Assembly (NCBI GenBank): GCA_012842685.1
Contig: DUSI01000047.1
Location: 2,059-66,058 of the forward strand
Direction of reading: 5' to 3'
Length of the DNA stretch: 64,000 nucleotides
DNA from: Candidatus Fermentithermobacillaceae bacterium
GTDB taxonomy: Bacteria > Bacillota > Sulfobacillia > Fermentithermobacillales > Fermentithermobacillaceae
A program made the position numbers and the translations under genes. The notes under the pieces were generated by a model. That model searched no databases. It had not been told where the DNA came from and was given only the letters and a program-made list of their open reading frames with translations. Of the stretch, positions 60,395 to 64,000 are shown piece after piece; within the stretch, counting starts at the first letter, position 1, and each line of letters opens with the position of its first letter.

Positions 60395-60741
60395 GGGGGC
60401 GAACAGGTTCGACGTAGGTAGTCGGGTTTGAGCAGCGAGCATGGGCGCCGTACCCAACAAACGGCAAAGCAATAACTGCCAACAACAGCTACGCACTGGC
60501 TGCCTAATTAAGGCTGCCCGGTGACCGGAGAGACCGCTCTCCTATCTCCGAGTCGCCGTCAGAGAGGAGAGATACCTGCAGGAGGACGTCCGGGATCCTG
60601 TAGGGAAATGAAGTCCGGGCTGGTGGACGATGAAGCCCGCTCCGGGGCGTCACGTCTGCGAGATGAAATCCGGAGCTACGCTCGTAGAGACTGAAACCAG
60701 GCTATTTACGGACGAGGGTGCGATTCCCTCCGCCTCCACCA
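60395..60741 (+). ncRNA. ssrA: tmRNA (ssrA), tag peptide reading frame GCC AAC AAC AGC TAC GCA CTG GCT GCC TAA = (A)ANNSYALAA
   Basis: 5' GGGGGCGAACAGGTTCGACG... pairs with 3' ...GGACGAGGGTGCGATTCCCTCCGCCTCCACCA (tRNA-Ala-like acceptor/T-arm, CCA encoded). The internal tag ORF ends TAA. An extended -10 TGCTATCAT lies about 11 nt upstream. Confidence 0.9.
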
Positions 60742-60950
60742 ACCTTCCTGATAGAGATACCTGCCGTTCAAGGTGCATTGTTCCAGGGCATCGCAAGCCT
60801 GCGACAGCCGCCACACAGGGGAGCATAGAGCTTTAGGTCTCTCCGAATTCCGCCTGAGTCGCCCTGAGTCCGTTCGGAAAATCCCTGCTAAGCTGCTATT
60901 ATTCTGCGTACCGACGCCGGCGGAACTCAGAAACCGGAAGGAGGAGCGAC

Positions 60951-61577
60951 GTGAGACGCAGAGCATTGGTAGTCCTTGCCCTTGCGGCATTCATGGTGTT
61001 CGGCGTGGGCGGACAGGCGATGGCGGCATCGTACTACTGGTACAGCATTTACAGGTATCCGTGGTACCGGTACATCCAGCCACAGAGCCCCGTTCCGTCC
61101 CAGCCCTCTCCGAGCAAGCCGTCTCAGCCGGCGCCCGCTCAGCCTGCTCCCGCGCAGCCGAGCCCGTCTCAGCCGGTCACTCAACCGGCAGGGCTGACCG
61201 CGGAGGAGCAAGAGATGCTGAACCTGGTGAACCAGGAGCGGACGAAGGCCGGGCTCAAGCCTCTTACCGTGGACATGCGGCTGGTTAAACTGGCCCGGAT
61301 GAAGAGCCAGGACATGATCGCCAAGAAGTACTTCGGTCACCAGTCGCCTACCTATGGTTCTCCGTTCGACATGATGAAGAGGGAAGGGATAACCTACAAG
61401 ACGGCAGGTGAAAACCTGGCAGGCGCATCCGCGGTGAAGAGAGCCCACGATCTCCTTATGCAGAGCGAGGGGCACAGGAGAAACATTCTCAACCCGTCGT
61501 TCACCCACATAGGCATAGGGATCGTGAAGGGCGGTCCTTACGGGATGATGTTCACCCAGATGTTCATCGGGACCTAA
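60951..61577 (+). CDS. secreted CAP/SCP/PR-1 domain protein (YkwD-like) with aromatic-rich segment and Pro/Gln-rich linker
   Basis: Signal peptide MRRRALVVLALAAFMVFGVGGQAMA. SYYWYSIYRYPWYRY. (PSQP/PAQP) linker. C-terminal ...YFGHQSPTYGSPFDMMKREGITYKTAGENLA...GHRRNILNPSFTHIGIGIV... is the CAP domain. GTG start after AGGAGG. Confidence 0.8.
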   Translation: MRRRALVVLALAAFMVFGVGGQAMAASYYWYSIYRYPWYRYIQPQSPVPSQPSPSKPSQPAPAQPAPAQPSPSQPVTQPAGLTAEEQEMLNLVNQERTKAGLKPLTVDMRLVKLARMKSQDMIAKKYFGHQSPTYGSPFDMMKREGITYKTAGENLAGASAVKRAHDLLMQSEGHRRNILNPSFTHIGIGIVKGGPYGMMFTQMFIGT

Positions 61578-61594
61578 GACAGATCTCAGTCTGA

Positions 61595-61642
61595 CCTCCG
61601 CCCGACCTCCTAGAGAAGAGGGGGGCGGAGGTTGTTTTCGTT
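61595..61642 (+). terminator. rho-independent terminator after the CAP-domain gene (CCTCCGCCC...GGGCGGAGG + TTGTTTTCGTT)
   Basis: 9 bp arms with a long loop and a T-rich tail. Confidence 0.6.
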
Positions 61643-61821
61643 CCCGGCGGTCTTGGCCGCACACAACTTCGGGAGACGGGGTTGAGCATCTTACCCTTCA
61701 TAACTACGTTTACAGAAAGAGGGAACCACCGCTTAGGTTTCTTGACGGGTTCTACAGGAACGACGTATCCTAGTAGGTGATGATTGCGGCTTGCCCTGCA
61801 GGTGCTTGGGAGGTGTTGCCC

Positions 61822-62274
61822 ATGTCCGACGGCCTCGATGATGCCGTTGCCAAGATCGAGAGGCTCTTGCGCCACGTCGCCTTCATTATTAAGAAGCGCG
61901 GGCGCGACATACTCGGCGATTTTGGTATAACCAATCCCCAGTTCAACGCGCTTCTCGTCTTGAGGGAACACCCCAACATCACCATGGGCGAGCTGTGCGA
62001 CAAGCTCTATCTTGCGTGTTCGACCGCAACGGACCTCGTGGACAGGATGGAGAAAAACGGTTTCCTGGAGAGGAAGCGCGACACCCAGGACAGGAGGGTA
62101 ATCAGGCTCTCCATCTCCGAGATGGGCAAGAGGGTCATTTCGGAAGTAGTCGCCGCTAGAAGGAGATACGTATCGTCCATTCTGGAAAAGCTCACCGAAG
62201 AGGAGATTAACCAGCTGGCTCAGTCTCTGGACCGGCTGCACTCCCTGATGCTTCAGGAAGAGGTAAACTCCTGA
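61822..62274 (+). CDS. MarR family transcriptional regulator
   Basis: ...FNALLVLREHPNITMGELCDKLYLACSTATDLVDRMEKNGFLERKRDTQDRRVIRLSISEMG... is a winged helix. ATG at 61822 after GGGAGGTG. The track ORF starts 15 codons earlier. Confidence 0.8.
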   Translation: MSDGLDDAVAKIERLLRHVAFIIKKRGRDILGDFGITNPQFNALLVLREHPNITMGELCDKLYLACSTATDLVDRMEKNGFLERKRDTQDRRVIRLSISEMGKRVISEVVAARRRYVSSILEKLTEEEINQLAQSLDRLHSLMLQEEVNS

Positions 62275-62355
62275 GACGCAGAGCGTTTTACCGGCGACGG
62301 GACAGGATGGCGCACCGACAAGGTTGCGCCTCATGTATTCAGGGAGGGGTATCGG

Positions 62356-62880
62356 GTGCTCTTTATGGAGTATCTCTTCATTTTTGTAGCCCGCATCTTG
62401 GACGTGTCCCTGGCTACGGTTCGTATGCTCCTGGTTGTCAGGGGCCGCAGGTATCCGGCTGCGGGGATAGGTCTACTGGAGGCGAGCATCTACGTAGGCG
62501 CCCTCTCCCGCGTCATGAAGAACTTGGACGACCCGTGGAAGATACTGGCCTACGGGCTGGGTTTTGCCTCAGGCACTATCATCGGCAGCATAATTGAGGA
62601 GAAGCTGGCCATAGGACACGTTGCCCTGCAGGTCATCCCCGCCGAGGGTATGGCGGAAGAGCTTTTGTCGGTCCTCCGCACGGCGGGTTACGGCGTGACC
62701 GTCCTGCAAGGCAAGGGTATGACGGGGCCCAAAGAGGTCTTCCTCGTTTCGACGGATAGAAAAACCCTGCCCAGGCTAAGTTCCATAATTGAGGAATTCG
62801 CTCCTGACAGCTTCGTGACTGTCCTTGAGACCCGCAGCGTTCAGGGCGGGGTGTTTCCTTACAGGAGACAAGGCAAATAA
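62356..62880 (+). CDS. UPF0316 family membrane protein (DUF5698/DUF2179; YebE-like)
   Basis: Three N-terminal TM helices, then C-terminal ...[15 protein letters not shown]...[17 protein letters not shown].... Resembles the B. subtilis YebE family. Confidence 0.75.
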   Translation: MLFMEYLFIFVARILDVSLATVRMLLVVRGRRYPAAGIGLLEASIYVGALSRVMKNLDDPWKILAYGLGFASGTIIGSIIEEKLAIGHVALQVIPAEGMAEELLSVLRTAGYGVTVLQGKGMTGPKEVFLVSTDRKTLPRLSSIIEEFAPDSFVTVLETRSVQGGVFPYRRQGK

Positions 62881-62894
62881 CCTCTAGGGAAAGG

Positions 62895-63680
62895 GTGGAC
62901 CCATTGCGAGCCGACGGAAGAGCGCCCCATGAGATTCGACCAACCAGGATTATTCCCGGATACCTCAAGTTCCCTCTGGGGTCTTGCCTCATCGAATGCG
63001 GTGATACAAGGGTGATATGCACTGCCACGGTCGAAGACAAGGTACCTCCTTTCATGAAAGGTACCGGTTCCGGATGGATAACGGCCGAGTACTCGATGCT
63101 TCCGGGGTCGACCGCTGTCCGGACAGCTCGAGATGTTTCCCGCGGGCGTCCCGCAGGCAGGACCGTCGAGATCCAGCGCCTGATCGGGAGGAGCCTGAGG
63201 GCGGCCGTCGACCTTTCGGTTGTAGGCGAGAGGACGTTCTGGATAGACTGCGACGTCATCCAAGCAGACGGGGGGACGCGCACGGCATCGGTGACCGGCG
63301 GTTTTGTGGCGCTCATGCTGGCGCTGAACGCCCTCGCCGAGAAGGAAGAGTGGGCAGTGTTCCCGGCCCTCGACTACATAGCGGCGGTCAGCGTCGGTGT
63401 TGTGAACGGTAGCCCCGTCGTGGACCTTCCGTACGCCGAAGATTTCACGGCGGAAGTTGACATGAACGTCGTGATGACGGGCAAGGGCGAGTTTATCGAA
63501 GTGCAGGGGACAGGTGAGCACGCCCCGTTCAGCAAGGAGCGGCTCCAGGAGCTCCTTGCCCTGGCCGAAGGCGGGATCCGCAGGCTCATGGAGATCCAGA
63601 AAGAGGCTCTGGGCCCGATCGCGGAGAAAATCGGAAAGCACGTGCGCCAAGAAGGCCCGAACCCTCTTGAAGCCTCTTGA
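62895..63680 (+). CDS. rph: ribonuclease PH
   Basis: ...[12 protein letters not shown]...[19 protein letters not shown]...; RNase PH family. The start may be TTG at 62904. Confidence 0.9.
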   Translation: MDPLRADGRAPHEIRPTRIIPGYLKFPLGSCLIECGDTRVICTATVEDKVPPFMKGTGSGWITAEYSMLPGSTAVRTARDVSRGRPAGRTVEIQRLIGRSLRAAVDLSVVGERTFWIDCDVIQADGGTRTASVTGGFVALMLALNALAEKEEWAVFPALDYIAAVSVGVVNGSPVVDLPYAEDFTAEVDMNVVMTGKGEFIEVQGTGEHAPFSKERLQELLALAEGGIRRLMEIQKEALGPIAEKIGKHVRQEGPNPLEAS

Positions 63681-63693
63681 GGTGTAGCGCCGA

Positions 63694-64000
63694 GTGGGTA
63701 CCTTGAAATCGTCTTTCTCCCTCGTTCTTGCCACGAAAAACCCTGGGAAACTCAGGGAGTTCGCGCGGCTTTTCCGTACGCTGGACCCTAGAACCGAATG
63801 GCATCTTCTCGATCTCACGGGATTCGAGCTGCCCGACGCCCAAGAGACAGGCGAGACCTTTGAGGACAACGCTCGCATAAAGGCCCTTCACGCGGCGAGA
63901 CACACCGGGCTCATCTGCCTCGGCGAAGACTCAGGGCTCGAGGTGGATTTCTTGGGAGGAGCTCCCGGCGTCAGGTCCCACAGGTTTTCTCCTTCGGGAG
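63694..64000 (+). CDS. rdgB: non-canonical purine NTP pyrophosphatase RdgB/HAM1 (XTP/dITP diphosphatase), 3' end beyond window
   Basis: ...LVLATKNPGKLREF...; rph-rdgB synteny. GTG at 63694 or TTG at 63703. Confidence 0.8.
   Translation, partial: MGTLKSSFSLVLATKNPGKLREFARLFRTLDPRTEWHLLDLTGFELPDAQETGETFEDNARIKALHAARHTGLICLGEDSGLEVDFLGGAPGVRSHRFSPSG

Noticed and set aside
60742-60950. Prophage or genomic-island integration at the tmRNA 3' end
   Set aside because: No integrase, no recombinase, and no direct repeat of the ssrA 3' terminus downstream. Only a weak 8 nt match at about 61595.

Overview
This 64 kb window is a conserved chromosomal core region from a high-GC (about 60%) endospore-forming Firmicute, probably a Clostridia/Peptococcaceae-like lineage. 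The lineage call is inference from gene content (spoIIP, yqfC/yqfD, SPOR, comEA/comEC, sigA) and composition. Almost every gene is housekeeping and on the + strand. Gene order on the + strand: PQQ-type sugar dehydrogenase operon (- strand) | comEA | CIRCE-groES-groEL | HlyD adaptor + FtsX-type ABC permease | comEC | vanW | holA | (- strand: rpsT, SPOR protein, folC, valS with a Val T-box leader) | HD-GYP pseudogene | amidase-domain protein | (- strand: GGDEF cyclase; tRNA-Asn/Met/Glu operon) | holin-like protein | spoIIP | CIRCE-hrcA-archaeal-type (group II/III) chaperonin-dnaJ | rsmE | polysaccharide deacetylase | mtaB | ddl | rpsU | yqfC-yqfD | phoH | pgpH | ybeY | dgkA | recO | glyQ-glyS | ppdK | dgt | dnaG | sigA | chrA pair | gap-pgk-tpiA-gpmI-eno | secG | HD-domain protein | smpB | (- strand: beta-propeller lipoprotein) | ssrA (tmRNA) | CAP-domain protein | marR | UPF0316 protein | rph | rdgB (partial). 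The most unusual element is a HrcA/CIRCE-controlled heat-shock operon in which grpE and dnaK are absent and an archaeal-type chaperonin sits between hrcA and dnaJ, while a canonical CIRCE-groESL operon is also present. Other points: an HD-GYP gene with an in-frame TAG and a frameshift; an efflux adaptor+permease pair with no ATPase; smpB and ssrA separated by an antisense lipoprotein gene. Many long antisense 'shadow' ORFs typical of GC-rich DNA appear in the ORF track and were rejected. No CRISPR array, integrase or transposase was seen. Coordinates come from manual counting and may be off by a few nt.
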